Positions 33,777 to 44,682 of a stretch of DNA of 64,000 nucleotides are shown piece after piece (position 1 is the first letter of the stretch; each line of letters begins with the position of its first letter). The stretch is from Carpediemonas membranifera BICM (lineage: Eukaryota > Protista > Fornicata): positions 186,001 to 250,000 of the forward strand of contig JAHDYR010000012.1 in NCBI GenBank assembly GCA_019828565.1. Reading direction: 5' to 3'. Made by a program: the position numbers and the translations under genes. The notes under the pieces were generated by a model. It was not told the DNA's origin, ran no database searches, and saw only the letters and a list, made by a program, of their open reading frames with translations.

Positions 33777-34559
33777 CTACAACTCGTTCAAGTCATACCG
33801 CACCCTGCTCTCGACCATGGGAACCCCGGGGAGCTCCCGCTTGATCATGGCCGGATCGCTATAGTGCATACAGACAAGCTTGGACACGATATCCCTGGGG
33901 TACTGGGCGAGGGTCTTAACGTGCGTGTGGACGACGGAGGGGTGCTCAGACGTCTCGCAGTCGTGATAGATCCTGTCACATTCCCTGAAGTTGTCCATGA
34001 TGCGGTTCTTCTCGTCCTCCGTGCATGCCTCTGCGCAGTAGTCGGTCGTGATGTACACCTTCTTACCACTGGGCGTCGGGAACCGGATGCTGTAGCTCAC
34101 CAGGCTCCTGTTCTTCGGTGTCCGTATGTGTGGTACGATCTCGACGTCAAAGTGGACCCCCATCCAATCAAAACCTGCCTCATCGATCAAAACCACATCA
34201 AAGTAGTCCTCCACGGTGAAGTCGCCCTCGTGGGAGTAGGTCAGGGGCTGGAGCAGGGACTCCACTACAGGCATCAAGGGACGCGGGAGGTAGAGCTTGA
34301 TCTTCTTGCCCGCGCTGCTGAGGCCGGGGAGGTACTTTGAGCAGAGGGCCATGTACTCGAGGCCGTGGATGTGATCGCCGTGCTGGTGGGATATATAGAT
34401 AGCTTCGAAGTCCTCGGGCTTCAGATTGGCGTCTACGAGGGCTTCTTTGATATTGTAGCCGCAATCGATCATCAACTTGTGCCCATCGATTTCGAGCGAC
34501 ATGTTGTTATTCCCAAACGTGCTAAAGTAGCTTCCGCATCCGAGAAAGGTTAAATACAT
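33777..34559 (-). CDS. Metallo-beta-lactamase-fold hydrolase (RNase Z/phosphodiesterase-like)
   Basis: Motifs TFLGCG, LMIDCG, SHQHGDHIHGLE (HxHxDH), HDCE, VHT and MHYSD. Confidence 0.88.
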   Translation of the reverse strand: MYLTFLGCGSYFSTFGNNNMSLEIDGHKLMIDCGYNIKEALVDANLKPEDFEAIYISHQHGDHIHGLEYMALCSKYLPGLSSAGKKIKLYLPRPLMPVVESLLQPLTYSHEGDFTVEDYFDVVLIDEAGFDWMGVHFDVEIVPHIRTPKNRSLVSYSIRFPTPSGKKVYITTDYCAEACTEDEKNRIMDNFRECDRIYHDCETSEHPSVVHTHVKTLAQYPRDIVSKLVCMHYSDPAMIKRELPGVPMVESRVRYDLNEL

Positions 34560-34819
34560 GTGATTGAGAGATAAGAAGGTTTTGCTGTGTTCAAGATTTG
34601 AACCCGTCAATCTCGCCTGGTCCCCGGGCTTGGCCTGACCCTCTCACCCCTAGTTCATGGTCCAGATCAGCCCCGAGAACACATATTTACCCCTACCAAA
34701 CCGTACCGCACGCTAGCCGCGTCTCGACCAACCATTGTTCCAGATCAGCCACCCGCCAGGCGCCCTGGATCATCCGCAATGATACCAACCCATGTCATAC
34801 AAACAAGCACTTTAACGGT

Positions 34820-36230
34820 CTACTGCACATGCTCTCGGATCTCCCGGTACACGTTCATCGTTCTGTCCGGGTCCTCCCCACCCTCTTCATACGGTCCAGT
34901 ACAGATCCACCGGTACGTCCAGTCGTGACCAGGCTTCACCTTGGACTTCCGATCGCCCAGGTCTGGCCATGTGTCGCGTGTGAAGTACCGCGTGCTCACG
35001 TTGGTCCCCGCACGCTTCCTGATCCGCCTCTGTTCCTCCTCCACAGCGATCTTGGCCTCCTGCGCGGCCTCATAGTCGGGCGGCTCCATTTCCAGGGCGT
35101 TAGTGACGTGCGTCCAGATGGCCCTTGACTCGTGGGGTTCCTGGGCGGCGACGGGGGCGACACGCTTATCGATGAGCTGGTCAAGTTCCTTGTCGTAAAC
35201 GCATATCTGCTGGCCGTCCTCGAGGTCCGTGACGACGCTGTGGGTGATGTGGTTGCCGGAGATAGTGTAGACAGGTCGGCCGTCGACCCGCACCTCGCCG
35301 CCAATCATGCCCCGCTCCCCTCCGAACAGGGGCTTCTTCAGGAACTTGATCTTGGCCTCGAGCCCGAGGTCCGGACAGCAGCAACTGGCCTCGCCGCTCA
35401 TCTCCATGGCATACTGGCCGACGAAGATGCCCCTGCCCCAGGCCGACGGCCATGTGCTCTCCCACACCTGGCCACGCACGAGGTCGTAGAGGCGCCCGCG
35501 GCCCTCCATGATCGACCCTGCGCTGTTCCCAGTGAACTTGGAACGCGTGAAAATCCAGCCCGTGGAGGCGAAGCCGGCCTTGCGGTTGGAGAAGTAGAAG
35601 GCGCTGATAGGGGGATGGTGCGAGACCTGCTCAGCGATGTAGACGGTCGGGTGGTGCTCGCCGCTGACTGCGCCAGAGATGTCGAAGCCGAAGCGAGGGT
35701 GGATGGTGGCCTGGAAGGGGTTTCGGTTGTGGTTCTGGTAGCACCTGAAGGTCTCGCCGAGCACGGGGTTGTATGGCTTACGGACGCCGGGTGGCAGCAT
35801 CGAGAAGCCAGAACAGAACCAGGAGAGGAGATGGAGCGTGCGGCGCTTCGTGTCGTCCTCGGCCATGGCGCAGAACAGGTCCATCGGGTAGCAGATCTGC
35901 ATAAGGGGGACGCAGGCTTGTACGAACGAAGTCGGACCACTTTTCGAGGAGGGATCGGGGCTCAAGAATGAAGGTCGGCAGAGTAACGTGGGTCAGGTCG
36001 ACGCCGGGCCGAAGCTGCTTCAATAGCGCGATGACTATGGAAGGAACCTTCTTATCGTTCCATGAATGCAGTTCGTAGGCGTGTTTTTCGGATTCTGGTT
36101 CGGAATCGCTCGCGGAAGAGCAGTCGTCGCAATCATCGCAGTCACGTGGTTGATCTAAAGTACCAGCAGTTCCCTGCAACTCTCTAGTTTCCAGGGCATC
36201 TGGTTGTTCCATTCCGTCAGAGAAGGGCAT
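34820..36230 (-). CDS. Oxysterol-binding protein (ORP/Osh); two exons (31-nt intron 35897-35927)
   Basis: [30 protein letters not shown] and the EQVSHHPP signature; frames joined by GTTCGT...CTTATGCAG. Confidence 0.92.
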
Positions 36231-36439
36231 TGTTGTCCGTTGTCATACTCGTCCCTGCCGCTTTCGGCCATTACAGTGCCGGGCTCAGCGATCGACCAAG
36301 CCGGCGGAGGACTCTGTTGGGCCCGGTACGAGTCTCCAACAGTCCCGGCCTCCTGACCATTTACAGGAGTTGGATGACAACCCGCGGCATCCCAATCATG
36401 GCGGTTGGGTCGTTTGTACATAAAGCGCCAAGACAGACC

Positions 36440-37438
36440 TCACGGCACATCGACCCCGAGGAAGCGGGCCAGACAGGGCACAGTGACGCCGTCGACCCAC
36501 TCGCACACGCGGCTCGCCTCAGCGACCACACGCCAACGACCCACGACGGCAAGGGCACCGGAAGCGTCGCCAGACCAGGCTATTGAGAGCACGTGCTGCG
36601 TCAGACGGCGCTGGAGCGACATGACGTCGACCCCGGTCATTGTCGCCAGTCTGATCCAGGCCGCCTCGTTGGCCGCCGGGTTGTCCAGGTCAAACATAGT
36701 CAAAGTCAAGTCGAGTCGACACTGGACCGCGGCGATGACGTCCGAGCGGCTGTGGCCCGTGAGTCCTGCTCTCACAGGCCCGACCAGGGCGGGCAGGGGG
36801 CTGGAGCTGATCAAGGGGGACAGCTGGTCCCAAGTTGGGATCAGCTGGTCAATGAGGTCGGGCGGGACGACTTCGGCCCACTCAGCGGGGTCGCACTCGC
36901 CGGGTTGGGCCTGCAAGTGAGGGATGATCCACTGCACCGCCTCCCGCCGGAGCAGGGTCGGTATGAGTGGCGCCACTGCCTGATACACCGTGGTGACGTG
37001 GTACAGGGCCATCTTATCCCAGATTTCATGCAGTGCAGGTAGCAGGGCGGCCGAGGTGAGGGCGTCGTAGGCGGGGCTGGCCTCCACGAGGCTGTGGATG
37101 CGAGTGAAGGTCTCGAGGACCTCAGGTGATAGTATGCTATGGGTGCGCACGAAGGAAGGGAGGTGGGGCGCGAGAGAGGCGACAGTGACGCGGCAGAAGG
37201 AGGGATCGTCGAGAAGGCCGATCCTCTTGATGCTCGTGAGAGTATCCAGGAGGGAACCGACGTCTGAGTTCTCTAGTTCAGAGGAAATGTTCTCAAGCAG
37301 GTGGAGATCGGCGTCTGAAAGGGCTGATGAGGCTGATCTGCCGTTGAACGCGGGATTCAGGATGCGATGCTCGATGGCTGCCAGCTCTCGTTCGTAATAT
37401 TCTATCCTTCCCTCAATCATGCCCACAACATCCAGCAT
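36440..37438 (-). CDS. Helical hypothetical protein, possibly TFIP11/Ntr1 GCFC-domain-like
   Basis: 332-aa ORF; AYDAL...LLPAL and IP..L....QWIIPHLQ....CDP weakly resemble the GCFC domain. Confidence 0.4.
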   Translation of the reverse strand: MLDVVGMIEGRIEYYERELAAIEHRILNPAFNGRSASSALSDADLHLLENISSELENSDVGSLLDTLTSIKRIGLLDDPSFCRVTVASLAPHLPSFVRTHSILSPEVLETFTRIHSLVEASPAYDALTSAALLPALHEIWDKMALYHVTTVYQAVAPLIPTLLRREAVQWIIPHLQAQPGECDPAEWAEVVPPDLIDQLIPTWDQLSPLISSSPLPALVGPVRAGLTGHSRSDVIAAVQCRLDLTLTMFDLDNPAANEAAWIRLATMTGVDVMSLQRRLTQHVLSIAWSGDASGALAVVGRWRVVAEASRVCEWVDGVTVPCLARFLGVDVP

Positions 37439-37592
37439 GCTCGAATAATACGGCTACGGACGGGCCCTCAATTTAATGTGTCATAAACTGCGGTATCGAA
37501 ACCTGGGCGATTGGAGGGCAAGCAGCATGGATTACTGCGTCTATGTATCATGAGAAAGCTTTTAAATCAATGCTATATATGCCAAGGGCAGC

Positions 37593-38531
37593 CTACTGGT
37601 CAGCCAGCATCCGGGCCCTCCCCCTCGCGAGCGGGCTGGCCGTGTGGGCTGAACCAACTACACCGAACGGGCCCACTGGAGGCTTGATGTCCAGTCGGGT
37701 CGGCCTCCCGCTGGGCTTGGGTCCGGGAGAGGTCATGATTCGGGGTGGCGGTTGGTTGGGTGTTGGGGTCACAGTCACAGTCCGGGGCGTCTGTGCGGCC
37801 CTCCTCATGGCCTTGAGGGACCTGGCCGGCGACCCAACGATCATGGTCTGCTGCTGTGTGAGGGATGACGATGGCGCCTCGCGGGGGTCCTCAACCCGCA
37901 TGCTCCGGGCGGACGTCAGGGGGCGGCGGGGGGCACCTCGTGTCTGCCTGAGAAACAACTCGTCGAAGGGCAGCGTGTCGATGTGGCAGTCGGCGGGGAT
38001 GTTGTCCTGCACAGTCTGCTCGTACCGATCGCCCAGTGAGGCCTGGATCGGGTTGTTCGCCAGGGCCACGTGCTTTAGGGGCGGCATAGTGAGGAAGGTC
38101 AGGGTCTCTGGGTCGGCGATGCGGTTTGATCGCAAGTCCAGGAGGGTGAGGGAGTTACACATGCAGATCGGCTGCAGGTCCTCGATCTCGTTCTCAGAAG
38201 CGAGCAGGTGGGTCAAGTTGGGCAGGAACTCGACTCCATCGAGGTCCTTCGTGTGGCACCGGTCGATGTACAGGTGCGTGAGGCTGTTGAACGAGCTGCC
38301 GAGGGAGGAGACAGAGTAGATGATCGAACGGGACATGGAGAGCTTCTCTAGGTTGGGGAGCATGTCTCCAACAGCGCTCATCGTCATCATATTCGCGTTC
38401 ATCATCGTAGAGAGCGTGGTCACCGCCGAAAGGTCGGTTTTGCCGGTGATCTGCTGTAGCTTCTCCAAGCTAAGCAAATCGTCCATCATCTGCTCCACGT
38501 TGAGCCCTTCGTTCTCGTCATCGCTAAACAT
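37593..38531 (-). CDS. LRRC56: Leucine-rich repeat protein, LRRC56/ODA8-like
   Basis: LSLEKLQQITG.TDL..V, LPNLEKL and DLDGV..LPNL..L.ASEN.IEDL; low-complexity tail. Confidence 0.7.
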   Translation of the reverse strand: MFSDDENEGLNVEQMMDDLLSLEKLQQITGKTDLSAVTTLSTMMNANMMTMSAVGDMLPNLEKLSMSRSIIYSVSSLGSSFNSLTHLYIDRCHTKDLDGVEFLPNLTHLLASENEIEDLQPICMCNSLTLLDLRSNRIADPETLTFLTMPPLKHVALANNPIQASLGDRYEQTVQDNIPADCHIDTLPFDELFLRQTRGAPRRPLTSARSMRVEDPREAPSSSLTQQQTMIVGSPARSLKAMRRAAQTPRTVTVTPTPNQPPPRIMTSPGPKPSGRPTRLDIKPPVGPFGVVGSAHTASPLARGRARMLADQ

Positions 38532-38714
38532 GGGCGGATCGGCAAGCCAACGATCGCTCAGCTTAGTCTGCGGGATGTCTGGTGGGAGGGGATTTGGCGT
38601 GGCTGAGGGTGCAGCTGGTAACAGCACCACCAAGTACCTCTGGTCTTCTGGGCTGTGAGAACTTTTGCTTCATTGTTCCGATCAACCGCCCCACCGTCAT
38701 CATCTACTTTAACA

Positions 38715-39473
38715 TTACTGACGCATTGCTTCCACGTTACTACACGTGTTCTCCAGCAGCCTGAGCAGCGTCTCCTCCGTGCCCTCCCTGTCTTCCCGCT
38801 CCTGGGCGATGTCTGACTGGATTCGGGTGGCGACATCCTCCAGCATCTTGAACATGGTCTGCTCCGACTCCTCTCTGACCTTCCTCTCTGTGGCAAGGGT
38901 CTCGTTCAGCGCGGCGACCTCGTCCTCGAGCTTCTTCGCCATGCGGGCGTACCGCTCCGTCCGGTCGTGGTGCTCCGTCTCCAGCAGCTCATTCAGCCGC
39001 CCGATCTCCTCGTTCACCTTCTTGGTCTGTGATTCCTCGCTCTCTTCACGGGCCTTCTTGTCCTTGGCGAGTTCAAGACGGAGGGCGAAGCATCTGTCGT
39101 CAATGGCCTTGAGGATCTTGCCCTCGCCATCCTTGCGGGTCGACTTCTCTGTGCTGAGGTCGTAAGTGACCGAGGATTCGACTTGGCGTAGTTCCTTGGT
39201 CTTACGATCGTCGAGAGATTCCCGGACACCCTTCGCTTGTGTAATTTCTTCAAGGAGGCGCGAAATCGCGTCCTTGATGCTGTTCATCTTAGTTTCCTCG
39301 GCAGCAGTGGACTTGGAGAGCTTCTCTTCGAGAACACGGAGCTTCATCTCAATAGCGTCCCTACGCGCCTGTTTCTCGTCCTCAAGACCGGCCTGGAGAG
39401 AACCAAGCTTATCAGCGATCTGTCTCATGCGCATGCGGCTTGGCGCCGGCGATTCAAGCATTCCCAGGTCCAT
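38715..39473 (-). CDS. SF-assemblin/beta-giardin family striated-fibre protein
   Basis: About 250-aa continuous coiled coil with repeated E...R...E units, ending REGTEETLLRLLENTC. Confidence 0.8.
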   Translation of the reverse strand: MDLGMLESPAPSRMRMRQIADKLGSLQAGLEDEKQARRDAIEMKLRVLEEKLSKSTAAEETKMNSIKDAISRLLEEITQAKGVRESLDDRKTKELRQVESSVTYDLSTEKSTRKDGEGKILKAIDDRCFALRLELAKDKKAREESEESQTKKVNEEIGRLNELLETEHHDRTERYARMAKKLEDEVAALNETLATERKVREESEQTMFKMLEDVATRIQSDIAQEREDREGTEETLLRLLENTCSNVEAMRQ

Positions 39474-39822
39474 TTCTTCACGACGCAGATTAAAGCATCG
39501 CATTTTTGGGTCAAAAGCACAGCGATCCTTGCGCGCTCATACAGCCCAGCTACACTAAAGATGCTGCTACTTCCCCAATACGCATCACTGCCCAAGTCCG
39601 CTATCGATCACCCCAAACCCAAGACCTTTTATTCCACCTGGGAAAACTGTGCTGGCAATGATAGGATAAGATGGGAAAACGTGCTAAAGTCAATTAATCG
39701 CCCCATATGTGGCATGAAGCTAGTTTCGTCCACCTCCGCGTCCGGGCGGAGTGGCTGGTGCGTGGGGGACCGACGCGCCTCTGCCTCGTCACCTCGTTGC
39801 AGGTGCGCTGGCGTTGCGTTCG

Positions 39823-40294
39823 CACATCGAGAGGTCGGTTGATCTGGCGATCGGCAGGTCCGAGGGCTTTGTTCCGGGCAGTGGGCCGACGTATGCTGTG
39901 TAAACGGGGTGCGATACATACAAACAGGTGGATACAGTGTCCTTGGTGCCAGTGTAAAAGCCGACGCAACTCGGCGGGTGCGCAAGCGACGATTTGTGCT
40001 GTGGCGCGGCGTGCTTGCCATCATTGACCGTGGTCGGCATGTTTTCGCGCATATTCGCCATACTGGGAATCGACGGGATCGACGGAAGCCCGCGGTTGTT
40101 CAGCATCTCGTGGTTCTAGCTGAAGCGCTGTACTCGGAGTCGAGTCGGCCGCAGTTTAACGCGTTTAGCTCGAAACGGCGCGCGGGGCAACTTCCAGGGC
40201 CCGCCTACCCACGCTTACAGCGCCACTTCCGCCCCAATATTCTCCCGGCCCGCATTCAAATCAGGGCTGCGTGTCCGATCTGGAGATCAGGGTC
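39823..40294. repeat. 472-bp direct repeat, copy 1 (copy 2 at 42932-43403)
   Basis: CACATCGAGAGG...GGAGATCAGGGTC is essentially identical in both copies; the only difference seen is GGCAAC vs GGCGGC. Offset 3109 bp. Confidence 0.97.
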
Positions 40295-40380
40295 GAATCC
40301 TGTGACCGAATGATCCCATGCATCATAATCGCACGACAGATACTTTAGAGCTTACTATTAGTACAATCAATACTACATGG

Positions 40381-42519
40381 TCAGTGGCCCATCCTTGAAA
40401 CGTAGTGGACCCTCAGATGCCGCACAGCACCCGCAGCCATCTCCTGGGCGACCTCGTCGTCGCACGCCATCAGCTTCACCAGCGGGATGTGCGCCCCGAC
40501 GTCCCGCAGCACCATGGCGTTGTCCGCGTTCGACGCGAGGCTGCTGAGGGCGTGGGCGGTTGCCCTGTGAACCGCCTCGTCTGCTGTGTCCGTGAGGAAG
40601 CGGACCAGCGGCTGCAGCACGTCCTGCTGGCCGATGTACTCGCGGTTAGACCCAGAATCAGCCATATAGCCCAGAGCATTCGCCGCATGCTGCCGTATCA
40701 GATCAGATTTTGTGATACGGACCAATCTGCAGAGATCATCAATAACCCCGAGCTCGGTCATGATCTGGCAGTTCTCAGGGTCCTTCACCAGCTGCGACAC
40801 GAGGGCGCAGGCATAGCCCAGCACAGCCTCGTTCGTGCTCTTGAACAACGAAGCCACGATGAAGGCGCCGCCGTGGAAGGTGCGGCCGACCATGGCGCTG
40901 CGGGCGACGGGCTCGAGCAGCGGCACGAGGGCAGAGGCCGCTGCGGCGACGACAGCGGGGTCCTCCATCTTCAGCAGGGACCACAGCAGCCGGATGCCGT
41001 CCGCCTTGACGATCTCGTCGGCAGCCTTTGGGTCGCGTCCCATCGTTGCCAGGGCAGTCGAGACGTCGCTGAGGAGCTTTGGGTTGATCGCCTTGAGGTG
41101 GCCGACGAGCATCGAGAGGCTGCCGGACCGCTTGATGGCGTTCCGGCCCTCCTCGTTCTGGGCGAGCGCGGAGATTAGCAGCGCGGCGTTGCCGACGAGC
41201 ACCTCGTCGTGGTGCTTGAGCAGGGAGGCGAGGGTGGGGGGCAGCTTGTTCTGGATCATGGCCTTCCGGTTGGGCGGGTACTCGGCGAGGTGGGTCAGCG
41301 CCGTCAGCGCCTGGGACGTCAGGGGGCCGGGCCGGTCAACCAGCCTGCACAGCGACGACACGCCCTTGCTGCGGTGTACGATGCCCTGGACCTCGGTGTG
41401 CTTCGAGAGGTCGGCCATGAGGGCCGCAGCGTGCTCGAGGGCCGGGGGGTAGTCGACCTGACTGAGCACGCTGAGCACGGTGTCGCTGACAGCGGTGGAG
41501 GAGAGGGCGTCGGGGTGGGTCACGATGAACTGGCGCAGACACCGCATGCAGTGGGCGACGACCTGCTTCCGCTCGTCTGTGAGGTCATGCATGGCCCCGT
41601 TGGCCAGCCCCGTGATCGTAGCCACCCCGCCCAGCCCGATCACCGCAGACCGGTTGGCCTTGGACTCGAGCAGCGCCGCCATCGCCCGGGACGCCTCGAG
41701 GGGCAGCGTGGCATGGCGCTTCGACTTGGGCTTGAGGAATCCGAGCACGAGGGGCAGGCCATTCTTCTGCCGCACTGAGCGACGCAGACTGTGCTGCACC
41801 GCGGCCTCGGCCGCGACTGTCAGAGCCTTGTCGATGACGGGGATGGGGGTACGCTCGTCGCCGAGGAGATCGACCACCACCGCCATGCCGTCACAGTCAA
41901 CGATGGAAGTCCGCATCTCAGGCGTCTGGGCCAGTGCGGCCATGAGGGTGAGGGCCTCGACCCTTGCCTTGACGTCGTCACTCGACCCGATCATGCGGAC
42001 CAGCCGCTTCAGCCCGTCCGCATGCAGGAACAGTGCTTGGTTGCGGCTCTGGGTGAAGTCTGAGGCCTGCAGGGTGCTGAGGGCCACAAGGGTGCTGGCC
42101 TTCGTGGCCCCGTCGAGGGTCGTGACCAGCTTGGTGAATGGGTTCGCCCGTTTGTCTTTCTCTCGGAGGCCATCGACGGCTGCCTTGACGGCCTCACGCA
42201 TCTTGTTCTCCTCGTTGACATCGTCATTCTCCCCATCCGAGTGCACCTCGACGGCGACGGGGCTCTTGGTGGTAGTATCGCTGGCCACGGTGGGCGTGGA
42301 TGAGCGTGTAGGACTCGAAATCAGCGTGCTGTTACGGCGCAGCTGTTGCAGTAGCATTGCGGTGCTGTCTCGCCGACTGTTCCCAGAATTTGTGAGAGAA
42401 AACTTCATCGCGCCTGGTGCACCCTTTGGGGTCACAGAGCGAAGCGAAAGAGAGGAAGACGGAACATCACTCGTATTAATAGTCATTAAAGTGTGGCTTG
42501 GCGTCGTTTTGGTGCTCAT
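40381..42519 (-). CDS. ARMC4: Armadillo-repeat outer dynein arm docking protein ARMC4/ODAD2-like
   Basis: ARM repeats; DGIRLLWSLLK, RTFHGG, KS.NEAVL..C, KDPEN and VHRATA.AL match ARMC4. Confidence 0.8.
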   Translation of the reverse strand: MSTKTTPSHTLMTINTSDVPSSSLSLRSVTPKGAPGAMKFSLTNSGNSRRDSTAMLLQQLRRNSTLISSPTRSSTPTVASDTTTKSPVAVEVHSDGENDDVNEENKMREAVKAAVDGLREKDKRANPFTKLVTTLDGATKASTLVALSTLQASDFTQSRNQALFLHADGLKRLVRMIGSSDDVKARVEALTLMAALAQTPEMRTSIVDCDGMAVVVDLLGDERTPIPVIDKALTVAAEAAVQHSLRRSVRQKNGLPLVLGFLKPKSKRHATLPLEASRAMAALLESKANRSAVIGLGGVATITGLANGAMHDLTDERKQVVAHCMRCLRQFIVTHPDALSSTAVSDTVLSVLSQVDYPPALEHAAALMADLSKHTEVQGIVHRSKGVSSLCRLVDRPGPLTSQALTALTHLAEYPPNRKAMIQNKLPPTLASLLKHHDEVLVGNAALLISALAQNEEGRNAIKRSGSLSMLVGHLKAINPKLLSDVSTALATMGRDPKAADEIVKADGIRLLWSLLKMEDPAVVAAAASALVPLLEPVARSAMVGRTFHGGAFIVASLFKSTNEAVLGYACALVSQLVKDPENCQIMTELGVIDDLCRLVRITKSDLIRQHAANALGYMADSGSNREYIGQQDVLQPLVRFLTDTADEAVHRATAHALSSLASNADNAMVLRDVGAHIPLVKLMACDDEVAQEMAAGAVRHLRVHYVSRMGH

Positions 42520-42931
42520 TTCGGACAAAGACCGACGCTGAGGTGATGCTAGAAATTGAGAGCGTCAAATTCTTCAGGGCCCGAGCTCCACTCGACCCTG
42601 GAACGGTCACAGCAGGCGTACAGCAGTGCTTACTGCCAGTCTCTCTCGTCGCAAAACTTGACCGCTGCAACTTACACCGACAGTTATCAGGGCCTTTGGA
42701 CCGTGGCCATCAGTCATGCAATACTGCTGATGCCGGGGAGTGATGCTTTATATCGTTGATACCCGGGACGCCACCCACTGCCGCGTCTGCTCGGAGTCCG
42801 CCATAGGGTGCAAGGGATGTTAGCAGGCTGTCAACCCAAGCTCAGCGGAGAAGAAGCAGCCAAGGGAGAGTTTACTGATACGATAGTGTGCCGAATGCCG
42901 TATGGATAATAATCAGCGTGGGTGATGCGTT

Positions 42932-43403
42932 CACATCGAGAGGTCGGTTGATCTGGCGATCGGCAGGTCCGAGGGCTTTGTTCCGGGCAGTGGGCCGACG
43001 TATGCTGTGTAAACGGGGTGCGATACATACAAACAGGTGGATACAGTGTCCTTGGTGCCAGTGTAAAAGCCGACGCAACTCGGCGGGTGCGCAAGCGACG
43101 ATTTGTGCTGTGGCGCGGCGTGCTTGCCATCATTGACCGTGGTCGGCATGTTTTCGCGCATATTCGCCATACTGGGAATCGACGGGATCGACGGAAGCCC
43201 GCGGTTGTTCAGCATCTCGTGGTTCTAGCTGAAGCGCTGTACTCGGAGTCGAGTCGGCCGCAGTTTAACGCGTTTAGCTCGAAACGGCGCGCGGGGCGGC
43301 TTCCAGGGCCCGCCTACCCACGCTTACAGCGCCACTTCCGCCCCAATATTCTCCCGGCCCGCATTCAAATCAGGGCTGCGTGTCCGATCTGGAGATCAGG
43401 GTC
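42932..43403. repeat. 472-bp direct repeat, copy 2
   Basis: Matches 39823-40294. Confidence 0.97.
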
Positions 43404-43454
43404 AAATCTGCAATGCTCACATTTCTGAAAACATAAAATCATGCATTTTACTGC

Positions 43455-44003
43455 TTAGGCAACGTCTGTAGTGATGTCGGGGGTACCAACCTCAGCGTGT
43501 ACCATGGGGGAGCCGGGGATGGCCAGCTTGACCGTGCGGCTCAGGTTGTTCACCCAAGGCTCGAGCTGCTCGAAGGGTGAGCCTTCCTCGTCGTCGGCAA
43601 GACCCGGGGGGACCGTGAACTTGACGCCGCACTGGGTGAGGAGGTTCTCGATGAGGTTACCGGCGGCGTTGAACGAGCCGTTGTAGCTCGAGTCGCCGAG
43701 TGTGAAGAGAGCAATTGGCATGTTCTTAAGGTCGGGGAAGAACTTGAGCCAGTCGACGAACTCGGCGGCGTTGTCGGGAACGTGGTCGTCGTTGTCGTCG
43801 CTGCTGGAGCATACCACTACGAAGAGCGTGAACTGGCGGAGGAACGCTGGATCGCGGCGGACGTTGTTGAGCTCGACGATGTGAGTATGGTAGCCAGCGG
43901 CCGTGAGCGAATCCCCGATGATGTCGGCACAGTCCTCGGCCTGCCCTGTCGCGCTGCCGTACCCGATAAGCACGTTGTGCCGTAGTTTCGATGATGTTTC
44001 CAT
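43455..44003 (-). CDS. Stand-alone flavodoxin (FMN-binding) domain protein; start uncertain
   Basis: YGSATGQAE phosphate loop, VVCSS, VPDNA.EF, LGDSSY..FN and GLADD. Confidence 0.85.
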   Translation of the reverse strand: METSSKLRHNVLIGYGSATGQAEDCADIIGDSLTAAGYHTHIVELNNVRRDPAFLRQFTLFVVVCSSSDDNDDHVPDNAAEFVDWLKFFPDLKNMPIALFTLGDSSYNGSFNAAGNLIENLLTQCGVKFTVPPGLADDEEGSPFEQLEPWVNNLSRTVKLAIPGSPMVHAEVGTPDITTDVA

Positions 44004-44401
44004 GAGAGTGGTCTGTACGCGTAGTTCGCAGGCCGGGTTCGCATGTCTTGTTCGCATGGGGTAAAGTGCGCTTGTGCGGCGTGTCATTGGTGTCGAATGA
44101 CATGGGCGGAAAAAGGATGACGCGGTTTCCCAGAGGAGAAGCAAAGGACAATGGCTGGTACTAGAGAGTTTGTACGATTCATGGATGACTTTGAGGCATC
44201 GTTTAGGCGAGTACGAGAGGACTATGTAACGAAAAGACGCCAACACGTCGTTGAGCAGGTCGTGGAGACGACCGCGAGATAATATGGAATAAAGAGACGA
44301 TAGCGTATCAAATTAGAGCAAAATGGCTGAACACACGTTGATTCAACCGTGATTCTCGGCGACGACGGAGCGAACTTGGACACAGTCGCAGCGACCCTTC
44401 A

Positions 44402-44572
44402 CAAAACACTCAAGGCTGCTTTTGGTCCCCGCCCGCCCAAGAAGGCGTACAACCACACCGCCCAACAGGACATCTCGTTCTGCCTGAGGCAGGGCTACTC
44501 GGCCGTTGACTACTAAGCACCCCACCCAACCCCTTCCTTACCCTTTACGTGAGTTGGCTCATAAATGGAACA
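44402..44572. repeat. Dispersed 171-bp repeat, copy 2
   Basis: Matches 564-734. Confidence 0.95.
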
Positions 44573-44682
44573 TTCAAGGGCATCAAAGTGCTCAGACGAT
44601 GTGAAGTGGACCCCGCAGAATTGCCCCCAGCTACCACTGCCACAGCTCAGCACGGTCAACGTCTATCTATTTACATGGCTAT

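Noticed and set aside
40287-40302. T-arm-like CAGGGTCGAATCCTG suggesting a tRNA or SINE
   Set aside because: No cloverleaf or A-box upstream, and the motif is broken in the second repeat copy.
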